Shown one piece after another: positions 1-15,223 of a stretch of 64,000 nt of DNA. Numbering within the stretch: the stretch's first letter is position 1; each line of letters starts with the position of its first letter. The notes under the pieces were generated by a model. It saw only the letters and a program-made list of their open reading frames with translations. It had not been told where the DNA came from and made no database searches. The position numbers were made by a program, and so were the translations under genes. The stretch is from Eledone cirrhosa. Lineage: Eukaryota. The DNA is taken from contig OZ024742.1 of assembly GCA_964016885.1 (NCBI GenBank), forward strand, positions 242,110,001-242,174,000, read 5' to 3'.

Positions 1-1378
1 CCGAGAGGTCCTCCTCAACACATTGTCACGTAAAAAAACTATTCCGTAGATAAACGGCATGTAAAAAAAATATATGAGAAATCCATTGTTAAGTTCTCTT
101 TTCAATGACATCAATCCAAACCTGTCACATTTAAGGGGAACTATATTATATATCTCTTTCCACAATCTTTCTGAATGTCTATTACATATTAATAATGCCT
201 ATTACTTTAAAATGAGGCATTTCATGTTTCGGAAAGTTGGGATGATATCATATGGAAATAGAACAAGATATTCACATTTGAATAAAATAAATATCACATA
301 GATAAATGCTATTTAGTAAATGGTAGTGAGGCAAATCGCAATGTCTGAAGAAATGAACAAAGAAAGCGTTGTCATCGGATCTGAGAAGCGAGTTCGTGTC
401 TCGATAATGATATGATACATCCATGTTTACTCTCTTACCATTGATCAGAAAGTAATAACTTAATAGTGCAATGCAAAACGAACGCGAATAAACATTTTGA
501 TAGTGAGCATTATCAAAGCAGAGACCTCACATATGAGAATAAATTATTTGAATATTATGATATTAAATAACGTACAAATTTATCGCTAAAGCATTTAATA
601 TTACTATAATTTGGTTTGATTTCACATTTTCATATAATTGCATTAGGTATTGCATTTAACGGTATTACAGTCAAGAGATTTCATAACTTTAATATTGTAA
701 TGCTCCACACAGGAACAACAATATACTGTGTCGAACATCATTTAATTTATTATTTCATCGAGTAATTTTCCCTAAAAGTTAGTAAAAGTCAACAAAGAAT
801 GAAATATTCGAAAGAAGAGACTAATCTATCTCTATTTACTGAGTTGCATGGCCCCAAAAGAGAGAAATATAAATTATATGAATATTTATATTGGTTAAAA
901 TTAATTATGCTGTTTGATGCAGTTTAATTATATTGATCAACAACATTAATATTTATTATTTCATTGGACCCATACAATAACCACGTAGTTGGGGAGAATA
1001 TATGATTAGTTTGACTTCAAAACACAGTTGGAATTCTGCTAAAGCGAATGTTAAAATGAGCGGTAGTGAAATTTGAACCTCGAAAAAGAATTAAAGAGAA
1101 ACAAAAAAGGCACTTTTATGAAATATAGATACGATTCCAAATCATTGAGGAAATTGGAAACTATTCTTTTTTACCTACTAAGACTTCTTCATTCAACTTG
1201 TTCAAATGAGCAACCACTATCACATATTATAATTGTATGCATGCAATAATGTTGATCAAACGCAAATCGATACACCAAGATCATGTTAATTTTCAGTATG
1301 TCAGTTTTCTTTTGGAGGAGTGGGGATATACTATCCGAAATTTCATGCAGCATCTATAACTACGATTTATAAAGTAAT

Positions 1379-1576
1379 TCTTCTTCTTCTTCTTCTTCTT
1401 CTTCTTCTTCTTCTTCTTCTTCTTCTTCTTCTTCTTCTTCTTCTTCTTCTTCTTCTTCTTCTTCTTCTTCTTCTTCTTCTTCTTCTTTGCCTACTTATTC
1501 CTGGGATCGTCCTGACGTCAGAATCCTCAAGCACATCCTTCAGCGAGTCCTATCAGAAGCAACTTTCCCTCATCTA
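1379..1576 (-). mobile_element. 3' end of RTE-clade LINE with (GAA)n tail
   Basis: (CTT)n at 1379-1487 followed by sequence similar to the 3' ends at 36194-36540 and 42710-43115; minus strand reads ...VASDRTR*RMCLR... into the (GAA)n tail. Confidence 0.65.
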
Positions 1577-1580
1577 AGTA

Positions 1581-1710
1581 TTCAGCCAGATTGACTGGAG
1601 CAAGGCGAAATAAAGTGTCTTGCTTACGGACAATACTCTGCCAGAAATCTAACTTAAGACTTACGGAATATTGCGCGAACACCCTAACCACTAAGCTATT
1701 CCCGCCTTCA
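1581..1710 (-). mobile_element. tRNA-derived CORE-type SINE (octopus OR-like), degenerate
   Basis: Reverse-complement similarity to 12887-13010: ACTGGAGCAAGGCGAAATAAAGTGTCTTGC ... CCCTAACCACTAAGC. Confidence 0.6.
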
Positions 1711-2184
1711 CATTAACATAAATACCAGCCATATATTTCTGTCGCTCAAATTTGCTATTAAACTCTCTTTGAAATGTGTGAATTCGTAATTATTTGCAAT
1801 CAATATTTATAAGGCGGCTCCCCATAGGGAAAATGATTTCCAGTTATAGATCAGCTATGAAAATAGAATAATGCGGAAAAAGCATTTAGTGTCACTTATT
1901 AGGTTTATTTACAATAGAGGTTTTGTAATTTGAAATTACTATAATTAATTATTGGGGAATTATTGGAGAATTATGATATATGCTAAGTGATTTGTTAGGA
2001 AATTCCTATTTATTTTAGATATATGTTTTTAATTTCTTACCATTTCATTATCCCTTCAATACACTATTTTCATATAAAATAATGCATAATAATAGATGCA
2101 TTAACATCAATAACAACAACAATAATAAATGGGAAGCTACATCAATGGTTTCTATGGTATTAATCGCACCATAACCAGCACTAA

Positions 2185-2373
2185 CGGGAGATTGGCAATA
2201 TCGGTAGGGGGTCGGACGCCTTGCTTTGCAGTATAGGAGTTACGCCCCTTTACAGTCTGAGTTCAAATCCCGCTGAGGTTACCTTTGTCTTTCATTCTTT
2301 CAGGATCGATAAAATAAAGTACCAGTAATGCACTGTGCTAATTGCTGGCCTTGTGCCCAAAGTAGAAACAATT
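2185..2373 (+). mobile_element. Octopus-type tRNA-derived SINE (Nin/Deu-like central domain)
   Basis: A-box-like TGGCAATATCGGTAG, B-box GAGTTCAAATCCC, central GATCGATAAAATAAAGTACCAG, tail GCTGGCCTTGTGCCCAAAGTAGAAACAATT; many near-identical copies in the window. Confidence 0.85.
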
Positions 2374-2784
2374 ATTATAGCTGTTGTTGTTGTTGTCATT
2401 GTTATTGTTGTTGTTCACTCGTCCAGTGCCCGAGCGATGATGAATTATGAAGGTTTGTTGAACAGCTACTAACACGTATAGGACGGAAGAGGCTACCAGC
2501 TGAGAACGTTGTGAAGATCTCTCTGCCGCATTCCTTAGGTCAGGGGTGCAGGCAGATTTTACACCTTTATATACATATATATGGAGCTGATGATGTGTGA
2601 GTGTGTGTATATGCGTGTGTATTTGTGTGAATAGTTAAGTATAGACAAAAGGATGCATACCCATGTATATATGTTTATATGTATATATGGCAACATACAG
2701 ATTTCAAAAGCCACAACGTACACAAATGTATATATATATAGAGAGAGAGTGAAGGAGAGAGAGAGAGAGAGAGAGAGAGATATG

Positions 2785-3380
<596 letters not shown>

Positions 3381-3383
3381 TAT

Positions 3384-3436
<53 letters not shown>

Positions 3437-3465
3437 TATATATACATATATATATATATATACAT

Positions 3466-3561
<96 letters not shown>

Positions 3562-3817
3562 TTATTTATATGTATACATAGTGCAACTCAAACAAAAGAA
3601 AACGCTGGGAAGCCGCGTGCTTCACAGATACAGGTAAAGAAACTCCAATGTCATCTGCCGACGATATGGATGTACTGTTTCGACGCCTACCAACGATACT
3701 GATGTTCCATCAACTGTTACAGTGTATGAAGAGGCAGTTAATCACCGTCCCTTGAGTATTTTACCTGCCGAAGACGTCAACATACGTGGTGAGGATAAAT
3801 ACGATTGAAATTGATTT

Positions 3818-3944
3818 TATGTTGAACATATTTATGTTGAACATATTATGTTGAACATATTATGTTGAACATATTATGTTGAACATATTATGTTGAACAT
3901 ATTATGTTGAACATATTATGTTGAACATATTATGTTGAACATAT
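3818..3944. repeat. 14-bp minisatellite (TATGTTGAACATAT) x9
   Basis: Nine copies of GTTGAACATA counted; the unit contains the palindrome TATGTT-G-AACATA. Confidence 0.9.
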
Positions 3945-3955
3945 ATATATATAGA

Positions 3956-4042
<87 letters not shown>

Positions 4043-4074
4043 CTATATATTTCTATATATATATATATATATAG

Positions 4075-4116
<42 letters not shown>

Positions 4117-4121
4117 CTATA

Positions 4122-4204
<83 letters not shown>

Positions 4205-4237
4205 TTAAAAAATAGAGGTGTGACACACGAGTTGTGA

Positions 4238-4647
4238 TATATTATTAAAAAGGAAAAGAAAATGCTGACAAATTTTTCCCAATGAAAAATACTTTAATTA
4301 GGAATAAGTATAAATTAGTAATAAGTATTGGTTAGTATTCAGTTTTAGTTTTAAATTTTTACCAGTTCCACATTTCTAATGATTTTCAAAAATAATTTTG
4401 AGATAGAGCGTACGTGATGTTTGCTCTAATCTGATCAGTTTTGGAAATTCTTCCTGTTCTATGTGAAAAACTGGCTCCAGAAGTATTAAGATTTGGTTGG
4501 TTGTTGAATGTCACGTGAATGTTAAAAATTGATTTTAGCGCGAACTAGTTTGGCGCCAAATGTAGGTTTGTCGAAGAGTGTCCTTTTTCGGTTGATTGAG
4601 TTGCAGTCATGTTGAGAAATCACTGAAAAACATGTCTATTAAGATAA

Positions 4648-4729
<82 letters not shown>

Positions 4730-6311
4730 CAGAGTGGTTCGTGGTAGAGGGAATGAATCGGTCTGTAGGAATGTGTGTGTACGTGTGTGGGGGGTATTTT
4801 AACATGTTGAAACATATTTTCCAGCTCTTGTCTTATACGGAGAAGTGTGTGTGTGTGTGTGTGTGTATGTTTGTATGTTAGTGTACGCGTGTGTATGTGT
4901 GTGTCTGTGTGTATATATATATGTGTGTGTGTGTGAATGGACCAGTATTTTTGTGTTACTGGTAAAAATGTTGTACATTATTCGATATTTTCAGTCATTT
5001 GCAAAACCGATTCTCTCAAAAGAACATCAAAAACATCAATAATAAAAGAGGTGAAATGATGTATAGTATTGTCATAACAACAAGGTGTGTGTGAATCCAG
5101 ATTGTACGTACTGCAAGGGGAATCCATTAGGCCCTACTGTATGGGATACTTGTGTACAAATATGTATGTGCCCATCAGTGTGCAATGCATGTGTGCGTAT
5201 GTGTATGTGTGTGTGTCGGCACGTTTATATCTATAAACATCAAAAGGTATGCAAATTTGTGTATATTTGTGTTGCACCATAGGACATGCGTGTTTACGTA
5301 TGTCATTGTGTTTATACGTGGGTAGAGATGTATGTAGGATGTATGCTGATGTAGGTATGTATGTTGACGTATGTATGTTGTGGGTTCGTCTTAGGGAGAA
5401 GTGTTTAGACAGGGTCCGTATTTGTTAATAAAGTGAGATTCCTTGCTGATGCGCTGGGTGTGGGTGGCGTTATCTTTAAATTTGTAGAGGGGAAAGATTC
5501 TAAAGTTGGATGATTTCCGAACCCTCTATTAGGTTGATGCATATGCCACAGTTGGGTCTATCGCATTGTTTTACTGTGGGTTTCCTTGTTGTGGTTGGCA
5601 GTACTTTGGCATGTGTTAGGATGTTTTTCATTGAATTAGATTGTCTTTTGCTCTTTATGATATCGTGTATTCGAAGGATTTGGTTCATTCTATGGTCCTT
5701 TTTTAACACAGGGATGTTCTGGAGGATGGTGTCAAAGGCCTCTTTGTCGTGGGGTTGTGTGTGGAGATGTATGGAAGTGCTTTTAGTTTCGGTTGATTTA
5801 CTTTAGGGTGTCTAAGGTCCTGGGTACGGAGTTTTAGGGCACGTTGGATTCCATTGTTAATTAGTGATGTAGGGTAGTCCCTGCTTATGAGTGTGTCCTT
5901 TAGTTCTTGTAGCCGTAAGTAACAGGTGTTTTTATTGGAGACTATAGTACAGATACTCTTGGCTAAGTTGTAGGGAATATTGTTTTGACTACAAGAATTT
6001 TTGCAACACGAATTGGCGCGAAATTTATAGTACTTATTCACGTGACATTCAACAACCAACCAAATCTTAATACCTCTGGAGCCAGTTTTTTCACATAAAA
6101 CAGGAAGAATTTCCAAAACTGATCAGATTAGAGCAAACATCACGAGCGCTCTATCTCAAAATTAACTTTGAAAAGCATTAGAAATGCGCAACCGGTAAAG
6201 ACTTAAAACTAAAACTGAATACTAACCAATACTTATTACTAATTTATACTTATTCCTAATTAAATTATTTTTCACTGGGAAAAATGTGTGAGCATTTTCT
6301 TTTCCTTTTTA

Positions 6312-6320
<9 letters not shown>
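4238..6320 (-). mobile_element. Penelope-like element, truncated and frameshifted, with inverted pseudo-LTRs (4238-4545 / 6015-6320), flanked by (TA)n
   Basis: Minus strand: RT C-terminal region NIPYNLAKSICTIVS...LQELKDTLISRDYP...LPYISTHNP; linker CDRPNCGIC; GIY-YIG end RISKESHFINKYGPCLN (~5405-5495); ~300-bp inverted arms. Confidence 0.85.
6166..6200 (+). ncRNA. Degenerate minimal hammerhead ribozyme (UUGAAAA variant)
   Basis: CT-TTGAAAA-GCAT tagaa ATGC-GCAAC-CG-GTA-AAG; same layout as 22312-22349 but GAAA is mutated to GCAA. Confidence 0.5.
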
Positions 6321-6342
<22 letters not shown>

Positions 6343-6346
<4 letters not shown>

Positions 6347-7380
6347 GTAGGACACTGGAAGGTGATTTTATTTAGTTTCAGAAGTAAATATTTCGAAAAA
6401 GGAAGACGGAAAGACGATACCTTGGTTCGTGGAAACGCTCTCTGGCAAATAACGGGAAAAAAACGAAGATAATACGTCATTATTTGGAGAGATGTAAACA
6501 ATTACACGCAAAGACAAAACCACGTTTATGGTATAAATGAAGTCGTAGACTAATATTCTATTAGGTGGTTCGTCGAGACGTTCCCTGGCAATGAACGGAA
6601 AAAACGAAGATAATACGTTAATATGTGGAGCGTTGAGAACAATTGCACGCAAAGATAAAACCACGTTTATGGTATAACTGAAGTCGTAGAGTAAAATTCT
6701 ATTTAGGAAACCGAATGATTCTCGGCTTCAGAGTTAAGAATAATGTCAATAAATTACAGAGGTTGTTGAAATCAACAATAATTAAATATATACATGCACG
6801 CATCCATATACGTACATACACATGCATACGCGAAAACACCCGTCATGGGTATGCAAATACAGGCACGTACACAAAAATACGCGCACACATACAGAACCCA
6901 CGCAACGCCTGTACCCGCACACATACGAACGTATACACCAAATACACATAAAACATATATAAAAAAATATATATATACATTGTGTGTGTGCGCGCGTATA
7001 CATAAAATTATATAAACGTATATAAATATACACACATAAATACGAATATAACGCGCGCGCACACACACCTACATGTAAATACACATATGTTCGCTAAACG
7101 TACGTCAACCAAAACACAAAGTACACATATACACACACCCTACATACATGCAAACCCGCATACATACACAAACGCAAAACTCACGTATACACATAACAAT
7201 ATACACATATACTAGTATATAAAATATAATATAATATATACGCCTATAGCGAATCTTTGCTTAAACTTTAATCTGTTATTTTAATAAATATTTGCTCTAG
7301 GGTTCTTATATATTTGATATATATTTATCCTTATCGAGCCTTCTTTGGATTTTAGTCTTCAAATATATTATTATTACTAT
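6343..7380. repeat. (TA)n-flanked unclassified repeat with internal ~143-bp tandem duplication; related copy at 44429-44795
   Basis: 6423-6565 resembles 6566-6707; 6400-6555 and 7290-7380 match 44429-44665 in reverse complement; 7248-7290 matches 44752-44795 directly. Confidence 0.65.
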
Positions 7381-7906
7381 ATATATATATATATATAATT
7401 GTGGTTTGATGCATTACTGATTCCTCGTTCTTTATACTATATATGTATATATACATACAAATATCAATCCAAACTTTATCAGTTTCTCTTTTCGTCTTTC
7501 TAATCTTTTCTTCTGATCAATTTGTTCCTCTATTAATCTATCATTGACTTTGTCAAATATATTCATTTAAGTCTCAACGGTTTTCCTCACTTTCTCTTTT
7601 ACATATTTATTTAATTATGCAGTATAGATGGAAATAGGTTTCATATTTAGGCATGCATTCAAACACACACACACACGCGGACAGACACACACACACACGC
7701 ACAAAAACAACAAAAAACACACACTTATATATATATGAGTGCGTATGGGTGTGTGTATATGCGTGTGTCTGTGTGACTGTTGAGTCTGAGAGTAGTACAT
7801 TTTTAAGTATGTAGAATTGCGAATGAAAATTGCGTGTATTGTATATTAATCGAAGTAGAAACATGGCATTATACGGATTGGAATACATACACACAATCTC
7901 ACACAC

Positions 7907-7959
<53 letters not shown>

Positions 7960-8101
7960 TACCTTGATTAAATCTTAACCATTTAACATCTCAGGGTATG
8001 TCATGTATCATTGGTGAGGTCGTACTGTTGTACATCTGAAATATGTATAATAAAATGTAATTGATAAAAAGAACATCTATTTTATTAATATTTGTATTTT
8101 A

Positions 8102-8148
<47 letters not shown>

Positions 8149-8284
8149 CATGTTTGTATGTATGTATATATGTATGTATGTGTGTATGTATGTATGTATG
8201 TATGTATGTATGTATGTATGTATGTATGTTACTACTTGTAATATGTGTACTTGTAATATCTGACTTACCTTCTCTGCATATCTG

Positions 8285-8330
<46 letters not shown>

Positions 8331-8716
8331 TATATATATATATATATATGTGTGTGTCTGTGTGTGTGTGAGTGTATGTGTAGGTGTGTGCGCGGGTGTG
8401 ATAAATGCACATATTACAAGTAGTGGATGGAGAGATATATGAAACTAGTAAGATGTATATAGTAAATGCTGAATCGGCAAATATTTTACATTTGGTATTG
8501 CAGCTACTGCAGATTCCACATTTTTCGAAATCAATGTGCATGTGTGCATAGTTAATGAAAGAGCGTCTATACATTATTGTATATGAAAATGTGTATCTTG
8601 TAGGTGAGAGCGAGACTGTGTGCCATCTTTTATGTTCTCTTTCTAATTTTCCACTCTCCATACACAGACACGAGCAGAAGTAATATACCTGTATACGTAT
8701 ATTATATATATATATA

Positions 8717-8964
<248 letters not shown>

Positions 8965-9022
8965 TGCCGGCGAAACAATTGTAACACACAATAAATTGTG
9001 TTCAGATGCGTCACAGTTTTTC

Positions 9023-9058
<36 letters not shown>

Positions 9059-9134
9059 TATATCTATATCTATCTATCTATCTATCTATCACTCTCCCTC
9101 TCTCTTTCTCTCTCTCTCTCTCTATATATATATA

Positions 9135-9180
<46 letters not shown>

Positions 9181-9478
9181 TAAATGTGTATATTTCTGTG
9201 TGCATGTGCGTGTGTATATATGTGTGCGTGTGCGTGTTTGTGTATTGCTTTATAACTGGCTATGTGTGTGCATATATTTGTGTGTGTGTCTATGTTTGTC
9301 TGTGTGTGTATCTGTGTACGATTGTGTGTGTGCGTACTGCGGTCATACGGAATCAAACGCGAAATTGTAGTAATTTAAGTACACTAAATATGCACACGTA
9401 TATATTACGCAGGTATATACACATGTATACATCTTTTTATCCCCTTTTTGGGGACGGATTTTGTTCTTTGTATATATG

Positions 9479-9549
<71 letters not shown>

Positions 9550-9577
9550 TATATATATAAATATATTTAAATGTATC

Positions 9578-9613
<36 letters not shown>

Positions 9614-9645
9614 CACATATATATATGTAAATATCTAAAGAAATC

Positions 9646-9701
<56 letters not shown>

Positions 9702-9710
9702 TATATGTAT

Positions 9711-9751
<41 letters not shown>

Positions 9752-9770
9752 CATATATATTTTATATATT

Positions 9771-9857
<87 letters not shown>

Positions 9858-9870
9858 TATTTTATATATT

Positions 9871-9911
<41 letters not shown>

Positions 9912-10313
9912 CTTTTAGACAAGTGTGTGTATTCCGAAATAATATTGTTTTAGTACAAAATCCAACATCCTTTTGTAATATCTATATTTCTTGAAAAGCA
10001 TTTCGTCAGCCACATCCCCAGGCCAAATTCTCCAAATATCTAACATTTTCTTTTTTTCACTTCTTTATTTTTATGGTAGTATGTCATGTATACTACGTTG
10101 AGCTTATTACGTTGTGCGGTAATACATCAGTCAACCGTCAGCATTCGATAGTCGACAGCACCACCACAGATTAGAAATATTGCATAATTTTCCTTCACTG
10201 TGTTAAAGAATTCACCCGATATGCATTCAGAGAGAACATGAAATAAAATGCATATCTAGCAAAAATATTCTACTTCATATGTGTAGATGAAAAGTGCAAT
10301 AGAGATAAGATTG

Positions 10314-10356
<43 letters not shown>

Positions 10357-10376
10357 CATATATATATATATATATA

Positions 10377-10737
10377 GGAAAAAGTATGACCCCGACGGCA
10401 GAGCTCAAGCCGTTTCGACGGCTAATTCTGGACTAAATAAAAAAATTTATCATGGTATTTGAATAGCCGAGCTTCTCAGGGGGTAATTCCATATATGGTA
10501 AAAGTGATTGACACAAGGATTGGTCAAAGGTTTGTTGTTGAGACATAATAATTCTATCTATCTATTATTATGTCTCAACAACAAACTTTTGACCAATCCT
10601 TGTGACAATCACTTTTACCATATATGGAATTACCCCCTGAGAAGCTCGGCTATTCAAATACCAGGATAAAAATGTTTATTTAGTCCAGAGTTAGCCGTCG
10701 AAATGGCTTGAGCCCAGCCGTCGGGGTCCTACTCGTT

Positions 10738-10739
<2 letters not shown>
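10377..10739. mobile_element. ~360-bp near-perfect palindrome in (TA)n with an HHR-like motif on each strand
   Basis: Arms 10377-10551 / 10563-10739. HHR-like ACCCC-CTGAGAA-...CGGCTA/TAGCCG..-GAAA(C/T)GGC...GCC-GTC-GGGGT at 10632-10727 (+) and 10389-10484 (-); core deviates from CUGANGA. Confidence 0.75.
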
Positions 10740-10807
<68 letters not shown>

Positions 10808-10926
10808 TACAAATAGAAATATATATAACAATTTTACTTTGAAGTTTATTTTCACTTCCTCTGCATCAGTGTCTGTAGGAGGAGTGTCTGTGTGTTTGTG
10901 TGTCTCAGTGTGTGAGTGAGTGTTCC

Positions 10927-10978
<52 letters not shown>

Positions 10979-11516
10979 TTAATATATATTTTTCTTAGAC
11001 TTCACTTTATTTCGATTCCTTTTCAATTTTATTTCGTTTTATTTATACTGAATTATCATAGCCGTTGACGCAACTATGTTTTAGATTTATCATCATCATC
11101 ATCATCATCACCATCATCATCATAATCATCATCACCATCATCATCATCATTATGATTGTTTTATATTCGTCTTCTCTTTTCTTTTTACATGAAACCTATT
11201 ATGTAATCGCCTCCCCAACAACCTCATATTGCTTACGCCGTTTTGAAATAGAAACGGTTAATATAAGCTTATGATTGTTGTTATTTCTGTTACGGGTAGG
11301 GGTAGAGGAAAGAATTTGTTGAGGATCGATCAAAACATTTGCGATATTGATTTCAATCACTTTCCATACGGTGTTCTAAAACTGCTCTCAAGTACGTTAA
11401 TGTATATAATTCAAATTTATTTATATTCAATTACTCAGTTACCCTGAGTTGTTCCACCACAGTTAGTAGATCATTTCCGAGAACAATTTATTTCACTTCA
11501 AACGGAACATCAGTTT

Positions 11517-11585
<69 letters not shown>

Positions 11586-11589
11586 CAGT

Positions 11590-12210
11590 ATGTTATTTGA
11601 AAGCTATGAGATGGAAAATGAACGGTAGATGTCTGAATAATTAAAAGACAACAAAGATGTTAGTGTGTCATAATATTTCGGGTCTAATTTCCCTTCGCCA
11701 GAAGACTACGATAAGAAAATGGGTCGCTGTTCGTGCTGTTGTCGCTGTTGTCATTAAATCTTCGCTACTTTTCGTTCTTTCTTTGTAACCTGTGCTTTAT
11801 ATATAGCTGCCGGAACTGACGCCATCTGTTGATTGACCTGTATAATGTAGTGTGCATGTGTATATATATTTCATGTCAAATATATTTTCCGACGAAAATG
11901 TTTTGTCGAAGTGCAATGGATAAAGGCATGTATTTGGACTTGTGTATGCATGTATCAAATACTGTGTGTCTAGTTCTAATTGTCGTTTAAAGTTGACTAT
12001 TTTCACTGCGTACGTTATTATGTCAGACGTAACATGAGTTCGCTCTAATATTAAGTATTGCGTGGTACATATTAATCTGTTGTTGATTTGTCGGTCTAGC
12101 CTATCTATTAGTATTCCGTCTTTGATTCTAATATAGCCTAAGTTCCTCTTCATACATACAAATAGACAACAGACATGCCTATGGGCCGTAGTCGTAAAAT
12201 AACATACTGC
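11590..12210 (-). mobile_element. Penelope-like element 3' relic (GIY-YIG C-terminus plus pLTR with degenerate HHR at 11667-11706)
   Basis: Minus ORF contains LGYIRIKDGILIDRLDRQINNRL; minus strand GTCTT-CTGGCGA-AGGG..CCC-GAAA-TA-TT-ATGAC. Confidence 0.55.
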
Positions 12211-12273
12211 TTTATATGCTAACACAATGCTCCAAGCAAACTACAACACCCTCATATACATATATACACACAC

Positions 12274-12306
<33 letters not shown>

Positions 12307-12319
12307 TATATATATATAA

Positions 12320-12412
<93 letters not shown>

Positions 12413-12841
12413 CATATGTATATATATGTATGTATATATATTTATATATATATATATGAAATGTAAATAGAAATTAGGTAGTCACAGTGGAATTAATAAT
12501 TCATGCAACAATAGCCCAGACACTACAACGGCCATTTGCATATCGCCAATAAACATATTGTAAATACAAAAATCATGGGGTAAAATAACAATTACAAAAT
12601 TATAAGTGTCATGGTCATTTGTCTGATATTTATGGTTTAATTATTATTTATTTTAATTATATAATTTACACACACACACACAAACACGTTAATATATATA
12701 TGATTTGAGACCTGACGACTGAGCTGTTGCCGTTTCAACAGGTAGTTCTAAACCCTATACACATACCCCACACACACTCACAGACATATATATATATATT
12801 TTATTTATGTATACCTTTTGCCATTTTCTTTTATTTTTTTT

Positions 12842-12886
<45 letters not shown>

Positions 12887-12888
<2 letters not shown>

Positions 12889-13010
12889 GAAGGCGTGTGG
12901 CTGAGTGGTTAGAGAATTGGATTCACAATCTTGAGGTTGTGAGTTCGATTCGTGGACGGGGCGATGCGTTATGTCCTTCAGCAAGAGACTTTATTTCAAG
13001 TTGTTCCTTC
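12887..13010 (+). mobile_element. tRNA-derived CORE-type SINE (octopus OR-like)
   Basis: A box TGGCTGAGTGG, B box GAGTTCGATTC, CORE-like TGTCCTTCAGCAAGAGACTTTATTTC. Confidence 0.7.
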
Positions 13011-13643
13011 TATCTGGAGTTGCGACCGATAGATAGTACTACCAATTGGAAAGACCGACGGAAACATTGTTTCCTCGGTCCGATTTGACGAAAGTCGATC
13101 GTTTAAAATGTATATATATATATATATATATAACCAAAGACTAAAAGCACTCTACAGCATTTTTCTGAAGTTATTATTCAGAATAATAATAAATGAAGAC
13201 ATTGACATAATCAAGATATATCTATTATTATATATATTCCGAAGGTACTGTGCTGTTTTTTTCAGTACGTCGTCGTCAGATAAAATACATGAATTGATGT
13301 TCAGTTACAGTATTGGCAGTTGAATTTCAGTACTGCCAATACTTGAATTGAACATTTATTATTATTCTGAATAAGTATATATATATATATATATATATAT
13401 ATGAATATGTATATGTTTATCTTTAATTTTTCCATTTTACTAATTTTCGTATTATGTACTGCAATTATTGTTCTCATGTTCCCACATGCCACACTAGGTT
13501 GATAACTGCAAACTGCTATTCTCTCCCACATTTTGTTTTCGTACTGAGAATCCCTTCATATACGAGTCGTATATTCTGTAATGTTGAAAGGACTATACGT
13601 CAGTATTATAGAGCTACAATATATGTCTGTATACATAGCAATA

Positions 13644-13937
<294 letters not shown>

Positions 13938-13945
13938 TATATATA

Positions 13946-14163
13946 TAGTAGTAAAAAAACCGAGAGGTTATATCCGTAGTATGTAGAGTACTCAGTTCAG
14001 AGGACGAGTTCTGTATAGAGTTAGTACCACAACAAATCTGCAAACCGTACTCGAGGACTCACATTTCACTTGCCGATTTTCAACCCGAGTAGGGTTAAAA
14101 ACCGGATAGGAGACACGTGTGTCCTCGATTACAGTTTGCTGATTTGTTGAGGAACTAACTCTC
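13946..14163. repeat. Fold-back fragment sharing its terminus with the PLE at 32190-32930
   Basis: Begins GGTTATATCCGTAGTATGTAGAGTACTCAGT (compare 32208-32240); internal inverted arms ~14017-14065 / 14115-14163. Confidence 0.55.
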
Positions 14164-14191
14164 TCTCTCTCCCTCCCTCTCTCTCTCTATC

Positions 14192-14317
<126 letters not shown>

Positions 14318-14540
14318 AATATAAATTCAGCGAGAATCGCAATTTCGGTGGGTAGAAAAAGCGAAGCGTAACGCAAATTCCGAGTCATGCTGGCAAGCGC
14401 TCCATGGGCTAAAAAGACCAGAGCAATAAACATATGTTATAAAGGCCATACACACTGAGGAGACGGTCAAGAAGCCATTAACCAACTAAGCCAAAAAACA
14501 AATCAAGCTAAACAGGTCAGACAAAATAAATGACATATTC

Positions 14541-14666
<126 letters not shown>

Positions 14667-14983
14667 AATATATATATATAAAATATATATATATATATAT
14701 GGAGATACGCTCATGTATAGAAGCGCAGGCATCTTGACTGTGTAGATAAAGAATTTGCTTCAAAACCACGTGGTTTTAACTTCTGTTATGGTTCGAGGCA
14801 TCTAAGACAAATGTCGTCTACTATAGCTTCAGGTTGACCAATACCTTGTGACAGTAATTCGATAAAAAGATAGTGTTCAAAACCTGCCATGCACACTACA
14901 CACATACAATATACATACATACTTACATACACATATATAAATATATATATATATATACACAGATATATAATATATATGTAGAG

Positions 14984-15027
<44 letters not shown>

Positions 15028-15033
<6 letters not shown>

Positions 15034-15186
15034 AAGAGGGTGTGGTAAGATATCAGAGTACTCAATACTTAGGGTAATAGAGTGGGTAGTAGGAAAAGAT
15101 TCAGGACCCCGACGACTGAGCTCCGAACTAAATCTCGCTGTCGAAACGGCCGGAGCTCTGTGTGTGTCTGACGGTGTCCTGATTCT

Positions 15187-15192
<6 letters not shown>
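15028..15192. mobile_element. Degenerate fold-back member of the 10377 family, in (TA)n
   Basis: GACCCCGACGACTGAGCTCC ... GTCGAAACGGCCGGAGCTC; same left tail as 13775. Confidence 0.65.

Positions 15193-15223
<31 letters not shown>

Noticed and set aside
3818-3944. CRISPR-like palindromic repeat array
   Set aside because: Units are contiguous with no spacers; eukaryotic context; no cas genes
8420-8700. Cys-rich peptide [14 protein letters not shown] as a PLE linker
   Set aside because: Too short, with no supporting RT or GIY-YIG motifs nearby
12887-12965. tRNA gene
   Set aside because: A and B boxes run into a CORE-like SINE body; no proper acceptor stem
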